Assembly: GCA_027923505.1 (NCBI GenBank)
Contig: BROI01000015.1
Location: forward strand, 682,001 to 746,000
DNA from: Mayamaea pseudoterrestris
Lineage: Eukaryota
Length of the DNA stretch: 64,000 nucleotides
Direction of reading: 5' to 3'
Shown: one piece after another, positions 53,301 to 64,000 of the stretch
How the letters are laid out: the number at the start of each line of letters is the position of its first letter
How positions within the stretch are numbered: position 1 is the stretch's first letter
Notes under the pieces: model-generated
What the model saw: only the letters and a program-made list of their open reading frames with translations
Told to the model about the DNA's origin: nothing
Databases searched by the model: none
Program-made: the position numbers and the translations under genes

Positions 53301-53458
53301 TTCACGTTCTGCGACTTAGCTTTCGCCTTCTCGCATGCAACGCAAAAATCCAACGTGCCAACAAGCTTCCAACCAAATTGTTTCGCCATGAGCTTCAAGT
53401 GCGACATACCAACGTGTCCCAAGCGACAGTGCGCCTCGTTGATATCAATTCGACGCAT
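50210..53458 (-). CDS. Copia pol: GAG-pre-integrase, integrase, RT, RNase H
   Basis: HCRLGH...CVAC; DDE core (LDLS, CDNAPE, QNGHVER); RT (FDVCAAFL, YGQVNASRLW, VYVDD); RH (YTDTDWA, SSTEAEY, ADNTGA, TKHIDIR). Confidence 0.93.
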   Translation of the reverse strand: MRRIDINEAHCRLGHVGMSHLKLMAKQFGWKLVGTLDFCVACEKAKAKSQNVKKKTEIEAKHPGERLFLDLSSPYKESLGKNRYWCLIVDDATRRKWSYFGAQKNKFTEQIVALIDWLKAKDFRCRFLHCDNAPEWELLDEPCLVRGIKMEQTAPHTPMQNGHVERAFPTIRNKGHASMMAEENQLTHAETMALWGNCLELATVKDNLIPRLGYTDAYTPFKETVPVRAKNLLPFGARGYYKIPMVNQRHFVPKAEECFYVGHAPRHAAGTCLVYKRSTRKVIATKDVRWVYPFVKKATGDDDDGNEDGFFEESDDESLGSFGHGGMPPDGKVEDDGTTAPARTGPRPPRNVPIRSPIMTRSRGAPLRRDSAADIEVDHGQQLMQGRVLNEVIDRGAVVDLTEEIEAGEQLAHGGAPIGVGDVSGEEGPAGAPVIAIEEGGSITSDHEDPVNLADLVFAVVSGKSPPPVPKNWREAYNEQNRATWEQPTFIEYGKFDGKAWTEVPRPPNQKTLGTKNVFTYKMNPITKEIEARVRNTVLGYEMVPGIDFEESFASTPVDQSIRTHLGVSLYKKKQLDAGKRVNAKQTEMWKVAEVFDVCAAFLQAPAETELYIEAPVLYEDYCESQGRTFNRTTHCIRLSMTQYGQVNASRLWQQYFIKLLKDAKHMNLVQSKADPCVFLKHVDGELVLIVTVYVDDVINSGYTSETDKLKAWIKQHVEIKDLGPLERFLGVDYELKSDEHGVYFECSMKQYTDEMIAAFEKDIRRELKFYPTPAAGGSVLMKNEGSIINVAAYRKHIGKVLFAVRKVYPDCSNAVRDLSSHLANPGKEHWKVLARLMGYLKHNAKPLKLRTPENLRPEGYTDTDWASDKNDRRSINSNLTTVGGNCLVSWQSKKQGSVALSSTEAEYVGQAEEAKEIIFESNLLKEIIGKDPPSPAIIHADNTGAIFLADNNQVGQRTKHIDIRHRFLTELTAEKRIKFEYIKSEENPADITSKNCKEETHTRHAAFIYNGFRKVVDTSKEGVVNSESSRCSDRLKDEDELANDEWTEVTRKKPKRSKESNKVRFNLNCKKSLRQSASLRG

Positions 53459-54363
53459 GTGCGGCGCCGAAGAATCATCTTTCCCGCTATCGAGCGCTTC
53501 ACCAGCATCTTCTCCAAGAAAAGAGATAACGAGCGCTTCGTCTGCTCGTCTCGCGATGCTTCCAAGTAAAAGAGTTTGCCGTCGGGGTCACATTCAAAGT
53601 TGATTCCACGCTCCCTTCCCTTCGGTGTTGTCCAGGCAACTCGAATTTGCTCCTTGCTAACCGACTTGACGAAGCATCCTTTATCCAAGAGCTTGCTCAA
53701 ACTGATAATATTGCGAGGAAACTGCGCCATGATCGGTACCTCCGTCAAGACGAAACGAGTACCATCCTTCGTCACAAGCGGCAAGTCTCCCATCTGAGTT
53801 GCCACGCAGCGAGTTCCATCGGCAATGATCAAGGTACGGTTGCAAGCTCTCAAGTTCACCATCGCATCAGCGCAATGGACTCCGTGCGTTCCGCTGCCCG
53901 AGTCCAGCATGTACTTGTTGTCGTAAGCGTCGTCGCGATCCGAGACTGCAAAAACCAAGTGCTTCTCCTCTTTGTCGACCTGCGATCCATTGGTAAGTGA
54001 ATTGTTGTTATCGATGCTCTCGTTCGGGCGCAACAAGTCAGGCATCTCACTCGAATCATCGCTGTCATATCCACTCAGATTGCGAGGATTCAAACTCGGA
54101 ATTGATGATCCGCTTTCAGTGCTTTCGTCGTCCCAATTCGTGTCGCACGGGACCGAATCGCCATCTTCGCTATCATTGAAGAAAGACCAGTCATCATCGT
54201 CTTCCTCAATCTCCATGGTCGAGCGCTGGTTGCAAATCCATTCAAGCGCGCCCATTGGCTCTCCATACGGGGCTGACGTCAGGTGCACCTCCGTCGGCAA
54301 CTCACACGACTCCTCTGACGTCACTGGCACCTCCATTGACTGCTCCTTCATGACGGCCATCAA
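53395..54363 (-). pseudogene. Copia protease region, in frame with gag after a TAA and frameshifted relative to IN-RT-RH
   Basis: Aspartic protease motif YMLDSGSGTH, plus IADG and NIISLSKL. Frame switch near 53550. Confidence 0.8.
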
Positions 54364-54387
54364 CCAAGGATCCTCGTCCTCCGAGTC

Positions 54388-55389
54388 TTACGCATTAGAG
54401 CGACTGCCTTGACTGCTGTTGCTCTTCTTCTTCGGGCACTTGCTAGCGTAATGACCCTTCTCACCGCAAACGAAACAGGTAACTGTCTTCTTCTTGTCGC
54501 CGTTTCCTTTGCCGCCGCCGCCATTGTTCTTCGCGTTGCCGCCCTTCTCACCCTTGTCATCCTTCTTCTTGTCAGGACAATCGCGCTTGACATGACCAAA
54601 CTTGTTACACTTGAAGCAGCGTTTCAATGGTGGCTTGCCAGGCCAAGTAGCTAACGCCAAGTCGTCGCCTTTCTTGCCTCCCTTGCCGCCTGGGTTTCCG
54701 CTCACTTTCCACTCCTCGACAATCAACTCCTTAAAGTCCTTCAAGGTAAACGTTTCCTTCATAACGTTGCCACGATGAGCCGAGCAGAAAGGCGCCCAAG
54801 CTGTCGAGCGCTGGAGACACTGGAAGATGGTCGACTTCTTCTGGTTTTCATCGTTCATGTACTTGGGATCGACGTCACCCAAGCGAGTGTTGGCAAGCTC
54901 AAGATCCGCCAACCAATCATGCGCCATTGTATAATTCCCCGGGACACAGTCAGAGTACTCTTTCTGGAGCTGCGGGAGATCTGATATCATGTTGCCAGCC
55001 TTGAACTCTTCCTTCAGGAGCTCCCACATGGCAAACGCGGTAGGCTGCGCGCTAACTCGACGCATCAGGGCATGATTCTCAATGCTATTGACGATAGCAG
55101 CTTGAGCTTTGGCGTTCATATCATGGAGACGCAACTCTTGGGTAGTCGCTTCGCGAGTGGTTTTCGTCCCAGTGCTTCTCCCGTTCGAATCCTTCTCCTC
55201 CTCCTCAACTTCCATCATGAGGAACTCCTCAGGACTCAACAACTTGTGCTTTGCCAACTTAGACAAGTCCTTGTTCACCGCACCGAGCGCTCCCAACCCT
55301 TCAATCAACGCGAGGATCTGCGGCTTCCAGTCCTTCCGCGTCTCCTTCAACCCGTTCCACGGGACTTTGCGTAGGTTCTTGGCTTCCAT
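54388..55389 (-). CDS. Copia gag with two CCHC knuckles
   Basis: CFKCNKFGHVKRDC and CFVCGEKGHYASKC; TAFAMWELLKEEF is a Copia-gag-like motif. The start could be slightly upstream (MPST, 55401). Confidence 0.88.
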   Translation of the reverse strand: MEAKNLRKVPWNGLKETRKDWKPQILALIEGLGALGAVNKDLSKLAKHKLLSPEEFLMMEVEEEEKDSNGRSTGTKTTREATTQELRLHDMNAKAQAAIVNSIENHALMRRVSAQPTAFAMWELLKEEFKAGNMISDLPQLQKEYSDCVPGNYTMAHDWLADLELANTRLGDVDPKYMNDENQKKSTIFQCLQRSTAWAPFCSAHRGNVMKETFTLKDFKELIVEEWKVSGNPGGKGGKKGDDLALATWPGKPPLKRCFKCNKFGHVKRDCPDKKKDDKGEKGGNAKNNGGGGKGNGDKKKTVTCFVCGEKGHYASKCPKKKSNSSQGSRSNA

Positions 55390-55440
55390 GGTGCTTGGCA
55401 TCTTGTCTTGAATCCTTTCTAAGTCGAACGTTTTAAAACG

Positions 55441-55812
55441 TGTTAGAAAGTACGGTGTACAATACCAAATAAAGACTCTGCAATTGCTAACGATACTCGA
55501 TATTATGACCTTATTCTGTTGCAAACTACAATCGCTCCTCTCGCATCTTCAAGAGGTATCCTCTTCTGCAACTTGCCTCAAGTTGCGCTCAATATAGAGC
55601 ATAAAGTAGCCATTAAGGCTGACGTTTGCACTTAACCACGTAAGCTTGCAGACTGACGCAAGCTCTTCTTGCAATTCAAGTTGAATCGCACCTTGTTGCT
55701 TTCTTTTAACCGTTTTGGCTTCTTGCGGGTTACCTCAGTCCACTCATCGTTAGCTAACTCATCCTCATCCTTAAGTCGGTCCGAGCACCGTGAAGACTCG
55801 CTATTCACAACA
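55441..55812 (-). repeat. Probable full 5' LTR (~372 bp, TGTT...AACA)
   Basis: Outer end defined by the match to the 3' LTR. Inner end inferred from the terminal TGTT/AACA inverted repeat upstream of gag, so it is less certain. Confidence 0.6.
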
Positions 55813-58590
55813 GAAGTCAATGCTAGTCAGTGCATGCAAAACATGTCGGATGCAATCTTCCGCTACCTTTCAAACAGTTCACTGCATTCCCAAAGACAAT
55901 CTCTCCGACACCATGGTCAATGTACTACTCCATCAAGGAAAGCTATTAGGAGGTAAACCGGCGCCTCTGGAAGGTGAGTAAGGCTGCCTCGTCAAGGTTG
56001 AACTATGTCTCAATGGCTTGGTTTTCCTGCTCAAATGACCAGCAAATGCAATCAAGAATGCAGAGTTGCTGCAAGGGAGGTAACATCTTGTTTTGTTCTT
56101 GAATACAGTATGGATGAGCCAAAAAGTCTGGAGACAAGACATAAAAATCAGTCGGCGAAGCAACACCCCAAGCATTCATTCCTTCCTGGATCAAGCCATT
56201 ACAGAGCACTCCGTTCATGAGATTTGTCATGGCGGCGGCTTGTAGCTCCACTTCTTGGTCACCAATCCCATCAGTGACCAATGAAATGGTTGGCGCCGGC
56301 AAATCTAAATTTGAGCGATGAATGTCAGCAGTCACCGATGCAAGAGCAGTCTGCTCCCCAGGGTCGACGTTGACAGACAAAGTAGAAGGATTCTGATTGA
56401 GTGTTTCCAGCAAACCCAAGCTACCGCTAGCAGCAGCAACAGCAGCAGCAGCCACCAATGCAAAAGTAGTCTGCTCCACTTTGCTAGGGTTGACGTTGCC
56501 CGACAAAGTGAAAGGATTCTGATTGAATGTTTCCGGCAAACCCAAGCTACCACTAACAGTTGCCAATGCAACAGCAGTCTGCTCCCCAGGTTCAATGTTG
56601 CCTGACAAAGTAAATTGGTTCAGATTGAGCATTTCCGGCAAACCCAACTGCTCCGCTTTGCTAGAGTCAACGTTGCCCAACAAAGCAAAGGATTCTGATT
56701 GAGCGTTTCCGGCAAACCCAAGCTACCAATAGCAGTAGCCAATGCAAAAGCAATCTGCTCCGCTTCGATAAGGCCAAAGCTGCACGACAAAGGGAAAGAA
56801 TTCTGATTGCGCATTTCCAACAATGGCGGAGCCTTCTGCTTGAAACAAATGCCTAGCACTCTGAGTCGTCAAAATGGTTGCGTTGAAAGCACTTCCAATT
56901 CACCATTTTCACGGTGCGCATACAAGGCCTGCTGTGTTTTGCACCAGCATTGGAGAAACGATCCATTGACTAGCTCAAATGCCAAGGTTACAGTGTTTTG
57001 ATGCTCTTTTGGCTGCTGGTACATGTTGCTCCATGAATCATTGGCTTCGGTTTCTGCCCCCTCGTTAAAATTTCCTTGGCACTGCCTTTTTTGGGCATGC
57101 AAAGCTTTCTGCACGTTCTCCCCTTGTGTCTGGTGCGTCTCGATGCTACGTTTGCGAACGTCCATTGCCGGCTCAAGTGCAGCCATCTCACGTCGGTGTG
57201 CAGCATTACGCACTCCATCTCCATCATAATTTCCATGAACTGTGGCAGCCACATGGGCAACAACTGGGGCCATAAAAGGAGCAGCACTGGGAGCCAGAAG
57301 AGAAGCAGCAGCTGCAGCTCCACCAAAAGCAAAAAGTCCAGCCACAACAACTAAATCCGCGTCTTTAGCAGCAGCTCGCTGAGTCGGAGCTGCAACAGGA
57401 GCCGGAGTGGCAGCCATAGGAGCATACACTTCTAGATCCAACATGTGACATTCAAATTTGCCATCCCAAGCATTTGGAATCTGCGTATATAAGTCATGGC
57501 AGCTATTGTTGTTGGAGTCGCTTAATTCTTCCTTTACGTCATCGTTGGAGTCATTATTGTCATCTTCCTGCCGCATATCGTGGACACGCAAGGGATCGTT
57601 CCAGTTCCAAGCAATTTGAATGCCAAGACCATTCAACTTGTCCAAGACACTCTCCTCGAAAGTCTTGGCAATCTTTATGATACGCAACCATTCAAGCCAG
57701 AGCGCCAAGGCATTCCATCCCTTGTTAAATGATACGTTGCAATGCCCATCTCGGCAAAATAGGCGAGTAGCTGCTTGTGCATGACCTCCTGGTGTTTGAA
57801 GTCTTTCTAGCACTAGCCACTGGAAGTGAAAACAGATCTGCATCAATCATTGTTTTGAGTCACTCGCGACTCAAATTGCCGACGCAAAATAGAGAGCACT
57901 GTCGTATTTGCCAACAATTCAGCTTGTGGTTCAGTCCAGTCACTTTGTTTTCACGCTGAGCAATTGTAAGCAAACTCAGCGAATACTTCCGTTTGCGTCA
58001 GCTGTGATGAGATACATGATCAGGGTCATCAATGTTGTCTTGCTTCTTGGACTTTGTCTTCTTGTTTGCTGTCGCATTTGGTGCATTGCGTGTGACTTTG
58101 TGGGTGTTCTTGCAATCGCGGTCCACTCAAAATTTTCTGCGCCACCAACGCAGGGGAGCCAGCCGACAATGCTTTCGTGCCAGACTCCTTTCGCGTGGCT
58201 TGTCTACCGAGCATACGTTACAGACAGATGATTGTAATTTGCAAATTGTAGCATATCAAGCTGCTGCACTTGTGGCAGTGAAGGGTAAAAGAAGCTCAAT
58301 GAGCCAGTCATGGGTGATTTAAAGCAAAAATGATTGAACCTAATTTGGATTAATAAATGTTGCTTTCATTTGAAGCTATCCGGCATCCGATCCATTCTCT
58401 TCTGTAGTGCTCTCATTGTTGTATTCATTGTCTGATCCATCCCCATCAGCACTTTTGCTTTTGTCATGGTCTTCTTGCTCACCAGTCGCGGAGCAAAAAC
58501 ACTTCCACCAATTTCTCACGTGTAAATCCAACTTGATGATGTTTGCAAATGAATGCAGCTGCGGACTGGTCTATAAACTTTACTTCATTT
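55813..58590. repeat. Copy 1 of a >=2.75-kb near-identical duplication (offset 5435 bp)
   Basis: GAAGTCAATGCTA... at 55813 and 61248. Collinear to the window end, with scattered substitutions and one ~25-bp indel. Confidence 0.95.
56003..57846 (-). pseudogene. Fragmented ORFs of an unknown repeat-borne protein with LGLPETxNQNPxTL repeats (duplicated at 61438-63282)
   Basis: ORFs 56869..57846 and 56003..56683. Internal nucleotide repeats GGATTCTGATTGA...GCAAACCCAA. The two copies are disrupted at different positions. Confidence 0.45.
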
Positions 58591-59052
58591 GACGCCGTAG
58601 CCGCGCCAGGTGCCTTCTTCGTGCCGCTTGATGTCGTTCCCCTCGTTGCAGTCTTGTGCTTGCCTGCTTTCTTTTTGCCTGGCAATGTCGCTGCTGGAGC
58701 CGCTACATATGACTTATGTTTCTTCTTTTGAACAGGCTGGTTGGCAGCCAAACGCTTCTGTTTTGTACTGCTTGGCGTAGGCACAATTGGCCTTGCAAGG
58801 ACAAATGTGTATGGATACTGAATTGTAGCTCATCCATTCTTCACTGCAACAGTCTCATCAAGAGTCATTGATTCTTTCAGTTCCTCTGCAGTCAGCTTGA
58901 CCCAGATGTCACCCATCTTACTTCTCCCGTCAGTCATCCCTTTAGTCACCAAAACATATGCATGATGAGTTTCTGGTGATGGGCCAATATGTTCCTCTAC
59001 TCCAGAAGGCAAGTCTTCTATTGCACATGCTTGTATACTTGCATCAGTCATC

Positions 59053-59568
59053 TCATTGCAAACAATTTTTGGCCAAGTCATTTGCTGTCATGATTGCATA
59101 TTCGGCTTCGATCCATTGGAGCAGTTCGGCACCAGATTGATTTTCAAATCCAAATCGGCGGTCGCGGCAACGTTCAATGTAGATTGGTTCAATCCACGCA
59201 ATGATCCCTTGCTTGACACTTTTGAGGACTTCTTGATGAAGCGTATAACGAGCATGCGCTGCTTTCCAAGTGTTGGTAGCGTTGGTGATAGCCTGGTTGG
59301 TAGCGTTATTGGCAATGACAGGGCCATCACCAGGATTGGGTGGAACTTCGTAAGCCTCAGTACCTGGAAGGGCAAGATATTCGGCGGGTGGTAGAAAGGA
59401 GCCAAGATGACCATGGTTGCCTCCGCCAGCAGTAGTAGTGACAGTCATGAGGTTGGCATGGATCTTGGTGCAAAGGTTGGCACACGACCTGAAGTTGGGC
59501 CGGCCATTGATGGGTGTAAAACTATTGTGCGGCATTTGCTCGAGGAGGGAAAGGACGTTAGAGGACAT
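59053..59568 (-). pseudogene. Truncated diatom Copia-type gag fragment (second lineage)
   Basis: FTPINGRP...TTTAGGGNHGHLG...YEVPPNPG is a motif pattern I recognise from diatom Copia gags; no pol follows. Confidence 0.7.
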
Positions 59569-59886
59569 GATGGTAGACTCGTCAAACGAAAAGGTGGCGA
59601 GAGGGACAACAGCTCAAACGGTGATGGCATAGGCATGAAGCGTGCTGCAAGGCACTGAGACAGTTTGGTAGACTGAAGGCTTGCTGCAAGGGCAAATGGG
59701 AGAGTTTTTGACTAGCTCTGCTAAGAGGCTGGCTAGCAAATACGTGCTATAACTGATGAGCTAGTCAAATCAATGAGAAGGACCGTAAGGGTCGACTACA
59801 CTTGACCTTCCCTCCAGCTCATGGTGGCAGGAGGGAGGCTCGGATGGAAGCCCAAGATACCCATGATGGGGAATGGCGATTCCTAA

Positions 59887-60576
59887 GTGGGTAGCTGGCC
59901 AGGCTCACTAGCGGGAGCGGCTGGCGTGGGATCAATCCCTTTTGGCGGTGCTCCCGGGGGACGGGTCAGGTTGGTGGAATGTGCAGGAGCAGGGCGACGG
60001 AACAACACTTTCGATCCTGCATTTCGAATCCTCCCTGCTACGCTTTCTCTCAACCGCATGCTTCAGGAAACTGGTTTGGTTGACCATATCGTTGATGGAT
60101 TCTATATGGGCACTTTAGCAAAAGATGCTGCAAGACGAGTCGCAATCATCATGGAAGAGCTCTCCCAGGCCGCCGGACCGGTAAATGATCGCCTGGATGG
60201 TCTCATTCAAGAAATGTTCCAACTTGCGCACTACTACATCACTTGTAAATCCTTTGCCTTTCCCTTCATGTCTTATGTCATTTTTCATTGGCGTTCAATT
60301 AATTGGGCCATTGGTGAGAAAATACTTGCTACCACAATGGACCTCTTTATTCAAGCGGTGAATCTACATGGCCTTGAGAGTTTCGATTATTTCCTATATT
60401 TCCTGTTCATAAATCTGGTTGATGGAGCTGTTGTTTTGTTATTAATACCTGAAGTCCAAGATTTTAGCCCTTTCCAGGTTGGAAACTGGAATGCTTACTT
60501 TGCGGAACATCTGATTGATGCAACTGGAGGGATTGATGAGCTACTCTGCTCGGCCAGTGCAATGGAAATGGAGTGA
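59887..60576 (+). CDS. Hypothetical ORF inside the repeat region
   Basis: 229 open codons only; GTG start; no motif. Confidence 0.25.
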   Translation: MGSWPGSLAGAAGVGSIPFGGAPGGRVRLVECAGAGRRNNTFDPAFRILPATLSLNRMLQETGLVDHIVDGFYMGTLAKDAARRVAIIMEELSQAAGPVNDRLDGLIQEMFQLAHYYITCKSFAFPFMSYVIFHWRSINWAIGEKILATTMDLFIQAVNLHGLESFDYFLYFLFINLVDGAVVLLLIPEVQDFSPFQVGNWNAYFAEHLIDATGGIDELLCSASAMEME

Positions 60577-61247
60577 GAGGTATCACCACGGGACCTTATT
60601 TGATTTCTGCTAGTTGTTCTTATTACTCATTTGCGATGGACACCTTGTCATGACAAGCAGCAGCATGAATGACTGCGTGCGCTCATCGCTGCTTTAGTTT
60701 GGGTCAACCTGCCAAAAAATGGAAATGATGCAGCAAACGCGGATAGTGAGAATGGGATGAGTTGGACATGATCAGTTGGATTTACGCATTTGTTGATGAA
60801 GCAAATAAAAATTGATACAGTAGATTGCTTGTAAAATTACACTCTACCGTAGGTGAATTCGCATCGCGCTACAGATTGCACAAGTTAGTGTGAAGCTCAG
60901 GAGGCACGCGTACCAATGACATTCACATCCAACCTTCAATATCTGATATAAGGGAACTGTCACTAAGCCTGTGCTTGTCATGCTTTTATAAAGCAGACTG
61001 GCGCTCTAAAAGGTAACTGATAGTTGCAATGCTTCAACATTATCGATCCAGAGAATGCTTTAACAAAGCCCGTCTATCGTCGCTTTCACCAATCCGTCTA
61101 CCTAGCCATTACTCTACACGAAAAGGTGTGTTTATCCCAAGTGCTTGCATGGAATCACATTCGGCTGCACCTTGCCAATGACAACTCCATGACACAGACA
61201 AAACATGTAGATGACAAAGAGGTTCAATAGATTCAATTAGGAATAGT

Positions 61248-64000
61248 GAAGTCAATGCTAATCAGTGCATGCAAAACATGTCGGATGCAATCTTCCGCTA
61301 CCTTTCAAACAGTTCACTGCATTCCCAAAGACAATCTCTCCGACACCATGGTCAATGTACTACTCCATCAAGGAAAGCTATTAGGAGGTAAACCGGCGCC
61401 TCTGGAAGGTGAGTAAGGCTGCCTCGTCAAGGTTGAACTATGTCTCAATGGCTTGGTTTTCCTGCTCAAATGACCAGCAAATGCAATCATGAATGCAGAG
61501 TTGCTGCAAGGGAGGTAATGTCTTGTTTTGTTCTTGAATACAGTATGGATGAGCCAAAAAGTCTGGAGACAAGAAATAAAAATCAGTCGGCGAAGCAACA
61601 CCCCAAGCATTCATTGCTTCCTGGATCAAGCCATTACAGAGCACTCCGTTCATGAGATTTGTCATGGCGGCGGCTTGTAGCTCCACTTCTTGGTCACCAA
61701 TCCCATCAGTGACCAATGAAATGGTTGGCGCCGGCAAATCTAAATTTGAGCGATGATTGTCAGCAGTCACCGATGCAAGAGCAGTCTGCTCCCCAGGGTC
61801 GACGTTGACAGACAAAGTAGAAGGATTCTGATTGAGTGTTTCCAGCAAACCCAAGCTACCGCTAGCAGCAGCAACAGCAGCAGCAGCTGCCAATGCAAAA
61901 GTAGTCTGCTCCGCTTTGCTAGGGTTGCCGTTGCCCAACAAAGTGAAAGGATTCTGATTGAATGTTTCCGGCAAACCCAAGCTACCACTAACAGTTGCCG
62001 ATGCAACAGCAGTCTGCTCCCCAGGTTCAATGTTGCCTGACAAAGTAAATTGGTTCTGATTGAGCATTTCCGGCAAACCCAACTGCTCCGCTTTGCTAGA
62101 GTCAACGTTGCCCAACAAAGCAAAGGATTCTGATTGAGCGTTTCCGGCAAACCCAACCTACCAATAGCAGTAGCCAATGCAAAAGCAATCTGCTCCGCTT
62201 CGCTAGGGCCAAAGCTGCACGACAAAGGGAAAGAATTCTGATTGCGCATTTCCAACAATGGCGGAGCCTTCTGCTTGAAACAAATGCCTAGCACTCTGAG
62301 TCGTCAAAATGGTTGCGTCGAAAGCACTTCCAATTCACCATTTTCACGGTGCGCATACAAGGCCTGCTGTGTTTTGCACCAGCATTGGAGAAACGATCCA
62401 TTGACTAGCTCAAATGCCAAGGTTACATGTGTTTTGATGCTCTTTTGGCTGCTGGTACATGTCGCTCCATGAATCATTGGCTTCGGTTTCTGCCCCCTCG
62501 TTAAAATTTCCTTGGCACTGCCTTTTTCGGGCATGCAAAGCTTTCTGCACGTTCTCCCCTTGTGTCTGGTGCGTCTCGATGCTACGTTTGCGAACGTCCA
62601 TTGCCGGCTCGAGTGCAGCCATCTCACGTCGGTGTGCAGCATTACGCACTCCATCTCCGTCATAATTTCCATGAACTGTGGCAGCCACATGGGCAACAAC
62701 TGGGGCCATAAAAGGAGCAGCACTGGGAGCCAGAAGAGAAGCAGCAGCTGCAGCTCCACCAAAAGCAAAAAGTCCAGCCACAACAACTAAATCCGCGTCG
62801 TTAGCAGCAGCTCGCTGAGTCGGAGCTGCAACAGGAGCCGGAGCGGCAGCCATAGGAGCATACACTTCTAGATCCAACATGTGACATTCAAATTTGCCAT
62901 CCCAAGCATTTGGAATCTGCGTATATAAGTCATGGCAGCTATTGTTGTTGGAGTCGCTTAATTCTTCCTTTACGTCATCGTTGGAGTCATTATTGTCATC
63001 TTCCTGCCGCATATCGTGGACACGCAAGGGATCGTTCCAGTTCCAAGCAATTTGAATGCCAAGACCATTCAACTTGTCCAAGACACTCTCCTCGAAAGTC
63101 TTGGCAATCTTTATGATACGCAACCATTCAAGCCAGAGCGCCAAGGCATTCCATCCCTTGTTAAATGATACGTTGCAATGCCCATCTCGGCAAAATAGGT
63201 GAGTAGCTGCTTGTGCATGACCTCCTGGTGTTTGAAGTCTTTCTTGAACTAGCCACTGGAAGTGAAAACAGATCTGCATCAATCATTGCTTGACGCAAAA
63301 TAGAGAGCACTGTCGTATTTGCCAACGATTCAGCTTGTGGTTCAGTCCAGTCACTTTGTTTTCACGCTGAGCAATTGTAAGCAAACTCAGCGAATACTTC
63401 CATTTGCGTCAGCTGTGATGAGATACATGAGCAGGGTCATCAATGTTGTCTTGCTTCTTGGACTTTGTCTTCTTGTTTGCTGTCGCATTTGGTGCATTGC
63501 GTGTGACTTTGTGGGTGTTCTTGCAATCGCGGTCCACTCAAAATTTTCTGCGCCACCAACGCAGGGGAGCCAGCCGACAATGCTTTCGTGCCAGACTCCT
63601 TTCGCGTGGCTTGTCTACTGAGCATACGTTACAGACAGATGATTGTAATTTGCAAATTGTAGCATATCAAGCTGCTGCACTTGTGGCAGTGAAGGGTAAA
63701 AGAAGCTCAATGAGCCAGTCATGGGTGATTTAAAGCAAAAATGATTGAACCTAATTTAGATTAATAAATGTTGCTTTCATTTGAAGCTATCCGGCATCCG
63801 ATCCATTCTCTTCTGTAGTGCTCTCATTGTTGTATTCATTGTCTGATCCATCCCCATCAGCACATTTGCTTTTGTCATGGTCTTCTTGCTCACCAGTCGC
63901 GAGCAAAAACACTTCCACCAATTTCTCACGTGTAAATCCGACTTGATGATGTTTGCAAATGAATGCAGCTGCGGACTGGTCTATAAACTTTACTTCATTT
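61248..64000. repeat. Copy 2 of the duplication (runs off the window)
   Basis: Collinear with 55813-58590. Confidence 0.95.

Larger units (their letters stand above)
50202..55812 (-). mobile_element. Ty1/Copia LTR retrotransposon (diatom CoDi-like); 3' LTR truncated
   Basis: Order gag-PR-IN-RT-RH. 189-bp direct repeats at 50202-50390 and 55624-55812 begin TGTTG on the minus strand. Polypurine tract AAGGAGGG lies immediately before the 3' LTR. Confidence 0.93.

Noticed and set aside
59754..59790. CTGATGAG as a hammerhead core
   Set aside because: No downstream CGAAA or stem II; the bases belong to a simple inverted repeat.

Overview
Eukaryotic DNA, most likely from a diatom. The evidence is short GT-AG introns with CTGAC-type branch points, bipartite signal + ASAF-type plastid presequences, and diatom-type Copia gags. 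The window has two halves. 1-34 kb is gene-dense: plastid ribosomal protein S1, a diatom CRHC-motif protein, a RING/BRCT (BRCA1/BARD1-like) protein, an EamA transporter, a PAP2 phosphatase, a PH-domain PI4-kinase, a bacterial-type NAD+-dependent DNA ligase, plastid FNR, an NYN/SAP protein, tRNA-Pro(TGG), and a P5 ATPase. The 3' 22 bp of the tRNA recur 1.7 kb downstream, like an attL/attR pair. 34.6-64 kb is repeat-derived. It holds a ~7.8 kb array of ~22.5 copies of a ~346-bp palindrome-rich unit that grades into the 3' end of an RT-less tyrosine-recombinase (YR) retroelement with an intact YR and a Copia-like gag. Next come a Ty1/Copia element with a truncated 3' LTR and a ~5.4-kb-period duplication carrying another gag fragment. 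The best candidate for a new system is the YR gene plus its adjacent array of covarying 11-5-11 palindromes, which resemble recombinase core sites. The att-like tRNA island comes second. All calls are by eye; no searches were run.
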